Shown here: piece by piece, positions 51,992-64,000 of the stretch | How positions within the stretch are numbered: position 1 is the first letter of the stretch | Layout: each line of letters starts with the position of its first letter | NCBI GenBank assembly: GCA_965153455.1 | Contig: OZ234493.1 | Location: forward strand, 33,408,213-33,472,212 | DNA: 64,000 nucleotides | Direction of reading: 5' to 3' | Origin: Sphagnum compactum | Lineage: Eukaryota | The notes under the pieces: generated by a model | Seen by the model: the letters and a program-made list of their open reading frames with translations, nothing else | Database searches by the model: none | Told to the model about the DNA's origin: nothing | Position numbers and translations under genes: made by a program

Positions 51992-53949
51992 CTTCTTACA
52001 TTCTAAGGTCATGTGGCATTACACTCGAGCTGCATTTTTTTTTTAACTGGCCAAATTTCCCCTGTTTTCTACCTTGAGAAAGGGGGTGTGATTTTAAAGA
52101 AGTTTCTACAACCCTAAAATATTGGATTTTTTTTTAAAACATTAACCTTCCTTTAGCATTTCAAAGCAAATGAATCTTCTTTTTTCATGGGCATTTCTAG
52201 CCTCCTTTTAGTTTTTAAAAATAATTTGTGTCATATGATTTGGACTTGAAAAAGTACCCCAAAAATATCCCCCATTTTTAAAGGGTTGGGGATGAATTTA
52301 ATTATGAAAACAATCTTGATTAACCAAAAAAACAATATTAGAATGTTCACCACATCAATATTGAGGTGCTTGGAAAAAAAACCAAATACTTGCAAAAACA
52401 TTTCACTTACTTTGAAGTACTTGAACTTTATTTTTCAAACTGCCACAAATTTTAGGTCCAATTCAAATATTTGCAAGTAGCTTAAAAAAACATGATTATA
52501 ACAATTTAGCTTTTGAGGTCCATGTAAACAAGAGTTAAGAAACAATGTACCCAAAAAAAAAATTAGTATCCCCATAAAATCATCTACTTGTTAGTCCTTT
52601 TCTTTGGGGACTTTATTATTTTGTTGATAACACTACTTTTTGTGTATATTTTACCATGCTTTCACCCAAACATGACAAAATAACAATAGAATCCACCAAC
52701 TTTTGACACATAATGTCTTTATATAGGTGTTTACACTTGTTTTAATCTATTGAAATAAATCTTGAAAATCCACCAGTGAGGTAAATTTATCAAGATAATT
52801 ACCCTTAATATTGGGCATCAGACCTTTGTAAGCCTCCAATGGGTCAAAGCATGGTTGTGGTCCAAAAAAGATTATCTCATTAAATATCTAGTGGACCTTC
52901 TCACTTAAACATGTCATTGAAACTTAATGGCACATTCGTATTAAAAGTTTGTTTTTCTTCATAGATACATACCTTACTAAGGTACTATTTTATGCATAAC
53001 ATTTCAAATTTGAACAAGCTTAAAGATCCCTAACAAGTCCTAGAAAACTTTTCAAGACTTTGTCTCATGAGAAAAAAAGTTCAAGGACTCATAAAAAATG
53101 TATAAACAAATTATTTTGCTTCAATATTTTTACCACAAACACTTTATCTATTAATGTATATAAAATGTTCAGGTGTGACAAGAACCAAGTGCCTTATTAC
53201 AATGTGCAAAGTTATAAAAAATGAAATTTTTGAGAATTTTGGGCCATTGATAAAACACAGCCCACATTGAATAAATTTTATTATTTTTACTTTCATAAGT
53301 GAAAACAATAGATACTTTAGATGCCTATATAAAATATGAAACAAATTAATTTCATTTTACATGAGAAAAAAAAAGGAAATCTAAAACATGTCATAGGTTT
53401 TATGAAGAAAAAGGTGAATTTGGGGGTCCTAGGAATGAGTCCTTATGTTTCAAATGGGGTACCCCAACCATGCTTGGACCTTATCATTATAATCTACAAC
53501 CAAGGTGGTTACAATTTCATGACCCAAATAAATAATCACCAAGTGCATATTTTTGTACCTAAAATCCAACTTCAGACACAACATGTTATGTCTTTTTTTC
53601 TTATCAAAACCATGCATAAAAAGAAATAAAGGGTAAAAAAACCTCCAATGTTTATTTCATACAAGAAATGCATTCTCGTAATTCAAAATAAATACATTTA
53701 TTTCCTTTTTAGTAAGGTTGTTAAGGGCCTTTTGGTGTGAAAGGTCTTCACAAAGTTTTCAACATGTGGATATAATAAAATGGAAGGCATCCCCAAGGAA
53801 CCAATGCCCTCGACTTTGATTCAAAACATATCTTCTCACAATGGATGAAAGAACTTTGACAACAACTTCGTAGACATCCCAAGTCGGAGGAAAATGTATG
53901 TAGCTATGTAATGCAATAGTCTACTTATTATAACATAGTGCAATGACAT

Positions 53950-55210
53950 TTCGAAATGTTAGTGCATTTTTGAATAATAAAACAAGACTTGCTAACCTAT
54001 AAGCCAAAAAAAATCAAATCAAGACCACATTAATTAAATGTCCACGACCTTTGGCATAATTTGCAACCCATGAACTTGACCAAAGTAAAATAAAAATAAA
54101 ATGTTAAACCTTGTGTTGATAGGTGTGCTAAGTTTTATTGGCCTCAAGCCATAATCTATGCAAGTTTTATCCCATATTTGTTTCTTTTTCCCAAACTTCT
54201 TTGGCTAGGTAATGCATTTCTAGATGTCAGCTTTGGCTTTTGTATAGATGTGTAGGACAATCAATGGCAACCTTCTTGTCCGTAGTGGCATATTGGCAAA
54301 CCTTTGATAAGGCATGCCCAAAACATGACCCATTAAATGGCTCCATCATGACTAAGCTAGCACAAAAATCAATTGAATTCAAACCACTTGCACAAGTCTG
54401 CAAATTAAAGCCCTCATCCTTAACATAAGCAAGGATCTTTTGGGTAAAAAAAAGATTCAAAAGTTGTTGTAAATATAGAACCATAGTGTCGAACATTTCA
54501 AATAATTTGATAGTGACATGTTTGGCCTCCCATTTGCTACATAGAAAGTTGTTGATCACGTACACATTTTGACATCCATAAGTCAAAGGTGTAGGTAGTT
54601 GAAATATAATTTGCCAATGCAAATTACACATAAGTAAACATGATTTGTTCCACTAGTCCATAAAACACAAGATCCACAAATACGTATTTGTTAAGAAAAA
54701 ACATTTTTGGGCATAACTTATATGCCTTTTTTTGCAAACGAGTGGATTGAACAATCCTCATGGGAAATTAACCTTTGATCGCAAATAAAATCACATCCTC
54801 AAAAAAATCAACATGAATTTCATTATATTTTTTGAATTGGTTTGTAAAAGGGAAAAAAATAAAATGGCACTTAGAAACCCATGTGCTACTTCTTGGTTAG
54901 CTCATGAGAAAGTGGAGCAATAGCAGTTGCATTAGTTTGTTCTTCAAGGAACTTCTTGATTAAGGTGTTGTGCTTAACTCAACATGTTTTTTCATGGTTG
55001 TTATGCCATTTGACTTGTGGTTAGTAATAAAACCTTTCTGTAACCTCGTGCATAATGCCAAAATTTCATAACCAACAACATTGCTATGGCAAATTATGCA
55101 TTGCATTATTTGGTTTTGAAAAAGGTCTATTGATTGGTTATTGTTCACCTTTAAAACAACCCATGTTGACAAACTTTGATTATGAGGTTTCCAAACCATA
55201 TGTTGCTTTT
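53950..55210 (-). mobile_element. Decayed hAT-like transposase remnant (BED-type finger plus core fragment)
   Basis: ORF 54960-55199 has MQCIICH..KSNGITTMKKHVE (BED-like). ORF 54227-54631 has WEAKHVTIKLFE..KILAYVKDEGFNL..PFNGSCFGHALSKVCQYAT (DDE-region D and CxxH motif). Frameshifted and interrupted by stops. Confidence 0.7.
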
Positions 55211-58200
55211 ACAAGTTTGTCATGTGCAACTTTGATATGATTTGCAACAACAAGAATATTCTTAGGAGTTTGTAACTATCCATCTTTTTGAAGCATCATT
55301 TCAACACTCATGTTGCTGTCATATCTTGCAAAGACTAGAATGTTTACATTAGGACTTAGATTTTTAATGTTCATGCAACGACATAAACAAGTGCAAAGGT
55401 TAGGATCAAAAAATGAAAAAACAAAGGAATGGAGAAGAAATGAAACATAAAGTAGTCAAAGATAAACTTCAAAGCTTGCATGTAGCTCAAGTATTGGTTT
55501 GCTTCCCACACCCACGTTCCTCCCAAGTGCCTCAACATCCTCAAAATTAAAGCAAAATGGTGACAAAATCTAAACCATGCATCGCCAAAGCCCTAAACAA
55601 AGTTATAGACTATACAACAAACACCACAACAAAAACTAATGTGTGAAAACAACAAATGAACAAAACACATTGGGTGGAGATTAGAGATGTGAAAATTGAA
55701 AACCAAAGCGTAGACAAAAAAAACTTCAAACTCTCCTCAAACCTTAATTTTGTTCTTTGTTTTTTTTGCAACAGACGTTCCATGGCAAATAAAAAAACAC
55801 AAAAGGCTTTTGGAACCCTCCACACTGCTTCAAAACTTGTCTTGATAATTTCAAGAATTCACAAAGCCAAGGCAACAAGTTCTAACAAATGCAAGAGACT
55901 TGCAAAACTCTTACCTTCTTCTATAAAATCAACTTCATATAGAGAGGGTGAGCTCTATAGCTTCTGTCGCTAATAAAGTCACATTGATGATTATAGATTT
56001 TGAGTAATAAAAAGAAGATGCTACAATGTATGTCTAGAACAAAACGTTCACAATTGCCAACTTGCAAAGGTGTTTGCCGAAGGAGACATGAAACAACAAA
56101 CATAGGGAGATGAAACATAAACCACATGAAGCACACAACTACCCTAACCCTAACACAACTACTCTAACCTTAACCCTAAAGAATACCATTGCCAAGTATA
56201 CTCTAAAAGAGGTACTTGGGTGTGTGACAAATACCCTCTCCCTACTTTGCTAGTTGGGTTGGGTACAAGTACATATCTTGAAATTTCCAGAAGAGCAGGT
56301 ATGAAGCAGGGGGCAGGGTTTTGAGAAATTCACATCTGCCCGATTCTACCTACATATACCCAGTCGGAGGTTGGAGATTTTTTCTGGTGCCCGCCCCCGC
56401 ACTGGTGTCGACCTTACAAAACCCCATTAAGGTAGGTAGGTAGGTAGGTACTAGGTACCTAGTATGCATGTTCCATGATGGAATCTTCCCCAATACGCAA
56501 AGCCGAATTCCATGGGTTTTGTACGGGGGGCTTGCTGGCTGGGGTTTGCTTGTGGTCGTCGTCGTCTACACTTCGCGGAAGAAGACGACGAAGAACAAGT
56601 AGAGACAAAGAAGGAGGGAGGAAGGGAGAGAGAGAGAGAGAAGAGAACGAGACTAAGAAGAGAGAAAGGAACAGGGTTGTCTGTTATTGGACTCCGCATC
56701 TGGAATTTGCATTTGGACGTCTGGAACCTCAGGGTTCTTTTGTTTTGTTGCTGCGTTTGCTGTTGCTCACCTTTCTTTTTTCGTTTTTGTTGCTTTCTTT
56801 TCTTGACTGTTCCTGCCAGAGAGACTTGTGGAGGAAGAAAGACGACGACGAGGCGGTGGAGAAGAACGCTTGCCGGAGGCGACGTTAGTGTGACTGGTGA
56901 GTAAAATCCCTTGGTTCTTTTTTTTTCTTTTTTCTTTTTTTTTTTTGCACAAACTCTACTACAAACACTCTCAGAGCTTTTGGCTTGATTCTTTTCTGTG
57001 CTAGCGCTTGTTTTGGGTTTTTGTCTCTGTGGATTTTGCCTTTTCGGATTCTTGATACCCTGGTGGTGTTCCGCTTTCCGTGGGTTTTGCATCTTTTTTC
57101 TTTCACCTGTCCTCTAGAAGAAGCTTTGCATCTCACCTTAGGTCACATCTTTCACATAAGCTTGAAGGAATGGAGGAGAAACTTGTTGAGGAGGAAGAGT
57201 TGAGCATGAGGCATTGTTTTGTTTCTGGCTATGTGTGCATGCGATGTTAGGATGTTGTTGCTTGTGTCTAGTGCCCTGCTGTGTGAAGCAAATTGTGTTG
57301 GCCATTGAATGAAAACGATTCATTTCTTTTTCTTGTCTGGGAGTACTTTCTTTGCTATCCTTTCACTTCAAGTCCTTCCATTGGGAATGTCATCACCACA
57401 TGATATGATGATACTTATGATGCACTGTGGAGTGCTGATTGCAATTCCTGCGGCCGCACAGCTCATTCTTATTCGTTTATTTTTCTTTTGGCGAAATAAC
57501 ATACTTCAATTTTGTCATTTGGAATGAGCAGCTGACTATTTGGTTGAAACTTGTAGGCACCAGTTGTAATGTGAAAGATATCTTTGCTTTGGATTTTCTT
57601 TCTGAGTATCTTACACTCTTCAAATATGCATTGAATTGTCTTGTGATGTCATTGCTGTGTCTTTATCATCATGACGGTATTTGTTCCTCTCCTCAGGATG
57701 GATGTCAGCTGCATTGGATGCTTACTGGTCTAGTTCACAGTCTTGATGCCTTATGTGAAGTGTTTCATTTTTTGTCCAATTTGCCAATCTAACAGCAATT
57801 ACATTCCTGGCTTATGTAACTCTGGCACTTTAGACGCAACAATCAGCAGTTGTTATTCTGTGGATGGATCAATTTGTCTCTCTGGTCAAGGGTAACAGTT
57901 TTTGGATGAGCAGAATGATAATGACCCAGTTGTAGAATTGAGGTCGATTGTTATGTCTGTTTAGATTTGGCAAGGTTGCCCTTTTCTTTTGTCTCTCTTA
58001 GTTCTTCAGAGTCTTGTTCAGGGGATCTTTTTAGCTTCTGGGATTACTTGTCTGGTTTATGCTTGGTCACAAGTTGGCCATGGAGCTGACAAGACTGTTG
58101 GGAACTGGATTGGCTCAAAGGAATCTTTTTCTCCATTACTTGTACCAAGTGAATGGTCTTTCTGGACCTGAGCTGCTTGAACTTGATTTTCTGCTAAGTA

Positions 58201-58435
58201 CTACCTTCTAAAGTAATTATTCCTCTGGCCTTAGTGCTTTGTTGACCTTCCTCAAGCTCAAACATCAGGTAGGTCTTGGAAGAGTCTTTCCCTAGTTTGT
58301 TTCGGCAGCTTTCTGTCTTTCACAGCTCAGCTTCCTGTGCAGCTATCATTGATTGCACTCCCTTAACTAATTCCCTTGCTTGCAGTCTTTTCCAACTTCT
58401 CATAGGCTCTTACATCGAGGCAGACACTTGAGGAT

Positions 58436-61400
58436 ATGGCTCCCACACCAGCTGGCTGTCCCTCTCTGCATGAACTTGAAGGACGTTGTGAGTATTGTGG
58501 GGAAATCTGTGACAGCACACAAGATGAGCTCAATGCAATTGCATGTACTTATGATGGATGTGCGACCCCAACAATCTACCACCAACATTGCATTGAAACA
58601 TATCTCAAAAGTATACGACTGGACAAGTATGTTTCAATGGCCATCTTTGCCTTCATGTCTATTATGTAGCTCTTTGTTTATGGTACTGCAAGGTGTTTCA
58701 GCTACAATGGTTCTTTTCCCCTTGTGACTTGCTTTTGTTTTTGACATGTTCAGTAAGGAGGTGAGGTGGCAAAAGATGTATTTTCTTGCAAGATCTTTGT
58801 ATAGATAACTTGTTCTTCACATTTGGTTTGGCTGTCTTCAGTCAAATGGTATTCCATTGGGTACTAATTGTGCAGTGTTTCTAGCTCACTTCTACTGCTT
58901 CGCATATCTTATTTTTTTGGAATGTCTTATTATGTCTTGTGCTTGTCTGGTTTTTCTTTCTATGTTATGCTTACTAAATAGGCTTATAGAAGATGCGTTT
59001 ATTCCTGATATCCCTGATTTCACTAACTTCATGTAATTAGACAATGTTGGTACCTACTGGTGGTATCATATGCTCTAAATCATTTGGTGAGCTTACTGGT
59101 GATGGCTTTCTCTTGCATTTTTTGTGTCGGTTGATAACCCAATTTTAGAAAGACAATTGACATGTTTGATGTGTATTCTTAGCCACACTATGAGATATAT
59201 TCATACATCTCATGTGGATTCCAGTCAGATTGTTCTGTGTTTGGAGTCATCAATAATCATCTAGGTTCTCAAGGCTCGGTAGCTAAAGAGCTCCTTGTAG
59301 CTCAAATGGCAACCTTAACTAAGTCTTTTGAAGAGTAAAGGTTCTTGAAAGTCCCTTGGTAATTGAACCAAAGGTTCACTTAACCAAGAAAGCTTCCTGT
59401 CTGCTGTTTCTGCCTTTGGAATCTTCAAAATGATTATTTCAAGATCACTTAAACCAAAGAGGGGAGCTTTTTAGAGCCCTCTTTGTTCTCAAATTCATGC
59501 TTTTGAAGTTCTCTGTGTTGTTTAGATCAATTGAAGCAATTGACAATCTCTGACCGGCTTGTTGAATTGCGTAGCAAAACATAGAAGGGTTACTTTCCCA
59601 ACAGGAAAGTGAGGGCATGCTTTGGACACTTCTGCAAAGACAAATCATTTACTCTATTCACATTGAGCTTTTATGGTGTTTTTTGGTTTCCTGAAGGCAA
59701 AGGAAAACTGGATTTCAATGCCCACGGGGTTGTGGGAAAGGCTCTAAGACTGAGAAACCTTGCCCTGGTCGGGTGAGTATAATTGACTCCATTTCCTACT
59801 CTGTGTTTTGAATAAGTTCTCATAAAGACAGTTAATGATTTTTTTGGAATGATCTTTCAAAATTGGAGTAATGTGCTAAATGTTCCTAATATATTTTGTT
59901 TAGCTATACCATTGCAAGTGGACAATTCAATAACAGTCAATTAGATTGGGGTTCATAGAGACCTGTGATACTTCTTCCAGGTTCTAAGGGTGGATCAAAT
60001 ATTACAAATATGGCTCATAGTACTGGGGTGAGGATATCAAGTGGATCAAATTTCATGGATTTGATGAATCTGAACTTTACTTAACTTAAAACTTCAGTTT
60101 GAAGACGTCTGGACATCCAACTTAGACTCTGCTTTCCAAGTGAAGACCTCAATATCTATGCAATTCTCTCTCTGATGAACTTGTAGGTGCCATAAGCTAA
60201 ACATTTGATATACCAGCACTCCATGTATTTGAAGGACTACTGGTGTTACTTGTGGCTGTGCAGGTTACTAAATCACATCCAATTCATGCTCGCAATGATA
60301 GTAGGTATGTTCCCCAGACTGGTGTGAGACAGTCACCTTGTGCATACTGCATGTATCATTTTTGCAAAGTAAAGGTTCACTATTTAGCCTGCACAGTTTC
60401 AACCAGAGATTTCACCCAGTTTTTATACTTGTCGAGGCCTGCTACACTGCAGACCTATTCACATTTTTTTGTCTCTTCCATCTCCTTTTCTTGCTTCCAT
60501 TCACTTTCTTCCACTCTTTTTTTCTTCCTTTTTAGATCTAATGGTGACAGTCTTCATTGCGACAGGAGACCTGTTGACCGTAGCATTAGTATGGGAACTA
60601 CTCTATTCTTATGCTGATTTGTGCGTCCATGTATAGGTATGTCTCCTTGCTTTTATGAGTCGATTCATGTTTCAGAGTTTTGTTTCCAAACTTAGTGGCC
60701 TTACTGTGTGTATCCATTGGACTCCATTCTCTGGTTTTGTAGTTTATGCTTCAAGTCATGATTAGTGGTATCGAAATATTAGCTGGAGTTCTTATAAGGA
60801 TTCCATGATCGCAATTTACCTGTCAATTGTTGAAATAAAGTCTGTGAATAGGCTCAGAAGATCTATAGTTTTAATCCTAGAAAACTGTTGTATGTCAGTC
60901 AAACATACATATACCTTTTAGAATGTTTCAAGAACGTGTAAGAGAAGCCCAAAGATTGTCTAATCTGCTAATTTGTCTTTTGAACCTTTGGACACCACTA
61001 TAACCAAAGAGGGATTTCATGCCTTCAGGTCTTCCCTTTTGAAAATGTATTGGGGATCTAAGAGATCCAAATGGAAAATAATCAATATCAAAGGATTCCA
61101 ACTGATGGCCACTCCAGGAAAGGAGATTGGATATATTCTTTGTTCTTTCTTTCCTTGACTGTAGCTTCTACAGTGAGTCAAGTGACAGAAAGTGGCTTAG
61201 AATTCATAAAGCTTCTCCTGTGTTATGGAGGAGAGAGGTTTAAATGTTCAGCTGTTCATCATAGTAGAAGGTTTGGAAGGTCAAACAGTAAATCCTTCAT
61301 CCTTCAATGAATGGGAAATTCTCAAGTCCTGTGATTATAGTCATGCTCACATGTAAAAGAAAGTCTGCCCAGCACTTATCAGGCTGTGGCTTCTGTACTG

Positions 61401-64000
61401 AATATTTGTCACGCCTACCAACCCTTTGGGTACAAACACTCTATGCATTTGCTACTAGTCCAGATTAAGATAAATGTCAACAAATTCATCCCTTACAACA
61501 TACTCCACTTCTTCCATAGATCTTGAGCTTTCTTCTGATGTAGAATACTTGTACATATACCTATACTCACAGATTGAGTATATCTGTTCTTATCTTCTTG
61601 GAGAGCAACACATGTTTGTTGTCCTTTGGTCCTCTGAAGGTAGATCGTTAGACTGTCTGATGGAAATTGCGATAGGGTTCATTGTTAACCAGTTGAGTTT
61701 GCATGCAAAGTGAGGCATCTTGTGCATGAAGCACTCTTTACCAGAATGTTCACTCTTCAGGGAATGGTCATTCAGAGAAAGTTGCCTGTGGATCCTCCAG
61801 TAAAAATCGAAGGAAGTTGAAGATGCCTGAACCAGCTCCTACAGCAGCTGGATCTCCAGCTCCTGTGAAAAAGGAGAAGGTGGAGAAGGAGAAGGAGAAA
61901 GTTCCACCATTACTCAAGTCGAAGTCAGCTAAACTAGAGAATGATGTGGATTCTGCTGATAACAAGTTACATACAACCTCGTTGAAGTCTCTGGTGCTGA
62001 ATCGAGCCACTACCTTCCCTACTTGTACAGAAAGTGTGGGGAGAAGTACTCGGGGACCTAATTATAGTGTTAAAGGTAGTTGCAGCTCTAATGACACAAC
62101 TAATGGAGGATCTAAATTGTTAACAAGAGAAGCAACTTTAGCAGCTATAGCTGCAGCTCGCTCAGAGATAGCTGCCAGCAAAGGGGGTGGAGGATTGAAA
62201 AATGGGCTTGAGATTTATGGGCAGTCAAATCAAAACCATGCAGTTGAAATTGGATCTGCACAAAATTCAGACACTGATGATGAAAATCTTCATCGGGTGG
62301 CATTGTCGAAAGATTTTAAGCAAGTAGCATCAGGTGGTAAAGGAGGAGGACCAGTTCCTTTGGTCAATGCCTGGGCAACTGGTCGACCACGGAATGGAGA
62401 GCTTGTAAGTGACATTGGAGCACTTCTCCTTAGCCATTCTTTGCAACACTTAGACCTGGTGGCAGTATTTTTTCAAATGAAGCACTTAGAAAGGCTCCAG
62501 TAGCTGAGCCTCCCTCTTGTTGGACTCTTCTCCTAGTCTTTGTTGTGGAATGGCTGATGGATGTCTACTCCTTCTCTAGGTATTTTCAGGGTCAGCTTTG
62601 GGCTCTCCTTTGGCAGCAGTAATGGGCTATGAATTACACTAAATGTCCTTTATGTTGTTTATGACAGCAGGAGTCAATCCCCCCAAGTCCACGTTTGCTA
62701 CTCCCCAATTTCCAAGTTAGGCAGCAAGAAAATCCTTTCCCTCCACTTGTACAACCTTCATCTCCTGCAGGCCTCTCAGGAGCAGACAACCACTTGGAAG
62801 CTCATCGTCTAAAGTATGTTCATGTTTCATGCAACTCCCACTGTCTTCATGGTTGGAAGAACTTGAGCATGAACCATGTTTGCAGACTTGGATCAGTAGG
62901 TGGTTTGTGAATTGTGGGATTGGAGGAAGAACCTCTTGTTTAAGAGCATGTAGCATTCAACATTGGCATGGGTGCAAATGTTCATGAGAGTTGGAGATTT
63001 CTGTGTCAAGTCATGCCCAGTTTCCAGTATTGGTGTCAATCCTCCAAGACATGAATAGGAGAACAGCAGTTTCAGTGATAGCTAGAGCATTTTGCAACTT
63101 AGGGGGTATGCAGTCAAAGTATCATGGTGTTAATTTTTTGCAGGGCCAGGACAAAAAATGAAAAGAAACACTTACAACGTGCAACAAAGGCACGAGAGAA
63201 ACGTGAAGCAGAGGAAGGTGCAGATGCAGTAGTGCCTGGAATGTCAGCTCCAGCTGATTTACTGGAAAAGCATAGCCAATTTAAACTACCACATAGGTCT
63301 GTGCCTATCCAGGGTGTGGAGAAACAATTTGGTGTTGGTAAGCGAGCTGGGCTTAGGCCTTGGAATGAAAGGTGCAAGCTTGCACTTAGTGAAAAGAAAT
63401 TTTCATGGCTTGTCAACCAGCTGCAAGAGTAAGTGTTGTCTATCCCTTCCAGAATGCTTTGTCAAGTTAGGAATTTGGCTGCAGGAGAGGATTCTTGTGT
63501 GAGATAGTTCACCTTGTTCTAAACTCATATGTGGTTGTGCTATGTTGAGGGGTTTGATTTACAGACAATGAATTTGTAACTCACATTTGATTGCATGCTG
63601 TGATTGATTTCAAGGGCTTTTAAATCTCAAGTAGGGACCTTGTCAAATACCAATTTTGTCCTCCAAAGACCATGTCTCCATTTTTTTTCTCTCTTTCCTT
63701 CCTTGTTTGGCTATTTTTCTTTCCTTCTTTTTTCTTTTCTCTTTCTCTTTTCTTTGTGTTCCTTGTTCGTCTTGGTTATTATGGTCTTCCTTATCTTTTA
63801 GCTTTTGTTGAGATACCCAGTGTTATGGCTGAGAGTTCCCTTTACTTTTGATTTTATGGTAGAAACTCGGTACATTGTTCAATGTTTGACATTGTCCTGC
63901 ACCCATAGCTGGGAGTTTTTGACCTTGTTTCCTTCTTTTCATGCAGGTATGGATTTGCTGATTGGCAATCAATCTTGGCAGTTCGTATTTGTGGCAGTGA
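58436..64000 (+). CDS. Uncharacterised protein with N-terminal C4HC3 (PHD/RING-variant) finger and a UBA-like segment; 3' end lies outside the window
   Basis: Phase-compatible exons 58436-58626, 59697-59772, 60264-60300/60304, 61761/61801-62404, 62671-62813, 63144-63428 and 63947-end. Contains CEYC..CTYDGC..YHQHC..FQCPRGC and LVNQLQEYGFADWQSILAVRICGS. A probable 5'-UTR exon ends at the donor GTGAGT near 56898. Confidence 0.8.

Noticed and set aside
56451..57203. Overlapping ORFs up to 213 aa
   Set aside because: They lie in the GA/T-rich probable 5'-UTR and first intron of the zinc-finger gene and have low-complexity composition.

Overview
Eukaryotic land-plant genomic DNA with GT-AG introns. 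A bryophyte such as a moss is my inference from gene content and repeat style, not proven. Eight protein-coding genes can be read by joining exons: a UBC19/UBC20-type (E2-C) ubiquitin-conjugating enzyme (-), an AATF/Bfr2 ribosome-biogenesis protein (-), an uncharacterised acidic protein ending in TIDCDFDAYFSKLML (+), SUMO (-), a TVP38/TMEM64 (VTT/DedA) membrane protein (+), an intronless RUP-type WD40 protein (+), a TPR-like protein with a probable transit peptide (-), and a C4HC3 zinc-finger plus UBA-like protein that runs off the right edge (+). The AT-rich intergenic blocks hold MITEs, decayed hAT and copia remnants and minisatellites. They also hold a decayed, intron-retaining beta'-COP (Sec27/COPB2) gene fragment that the ORF track does not show; one of its exons is present in three copies. 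The other notable structures are a 36-bp tandem array of telo-box and site II motifs in front of AATF and a compound minisatellite with MSA/MYB-like motifs upstream of RUP. I found no CRISPR array, rRNA or tRNA, and nothing I can call a proven new biological system. All homology calls come from remembered family motifs; no database searches were run.
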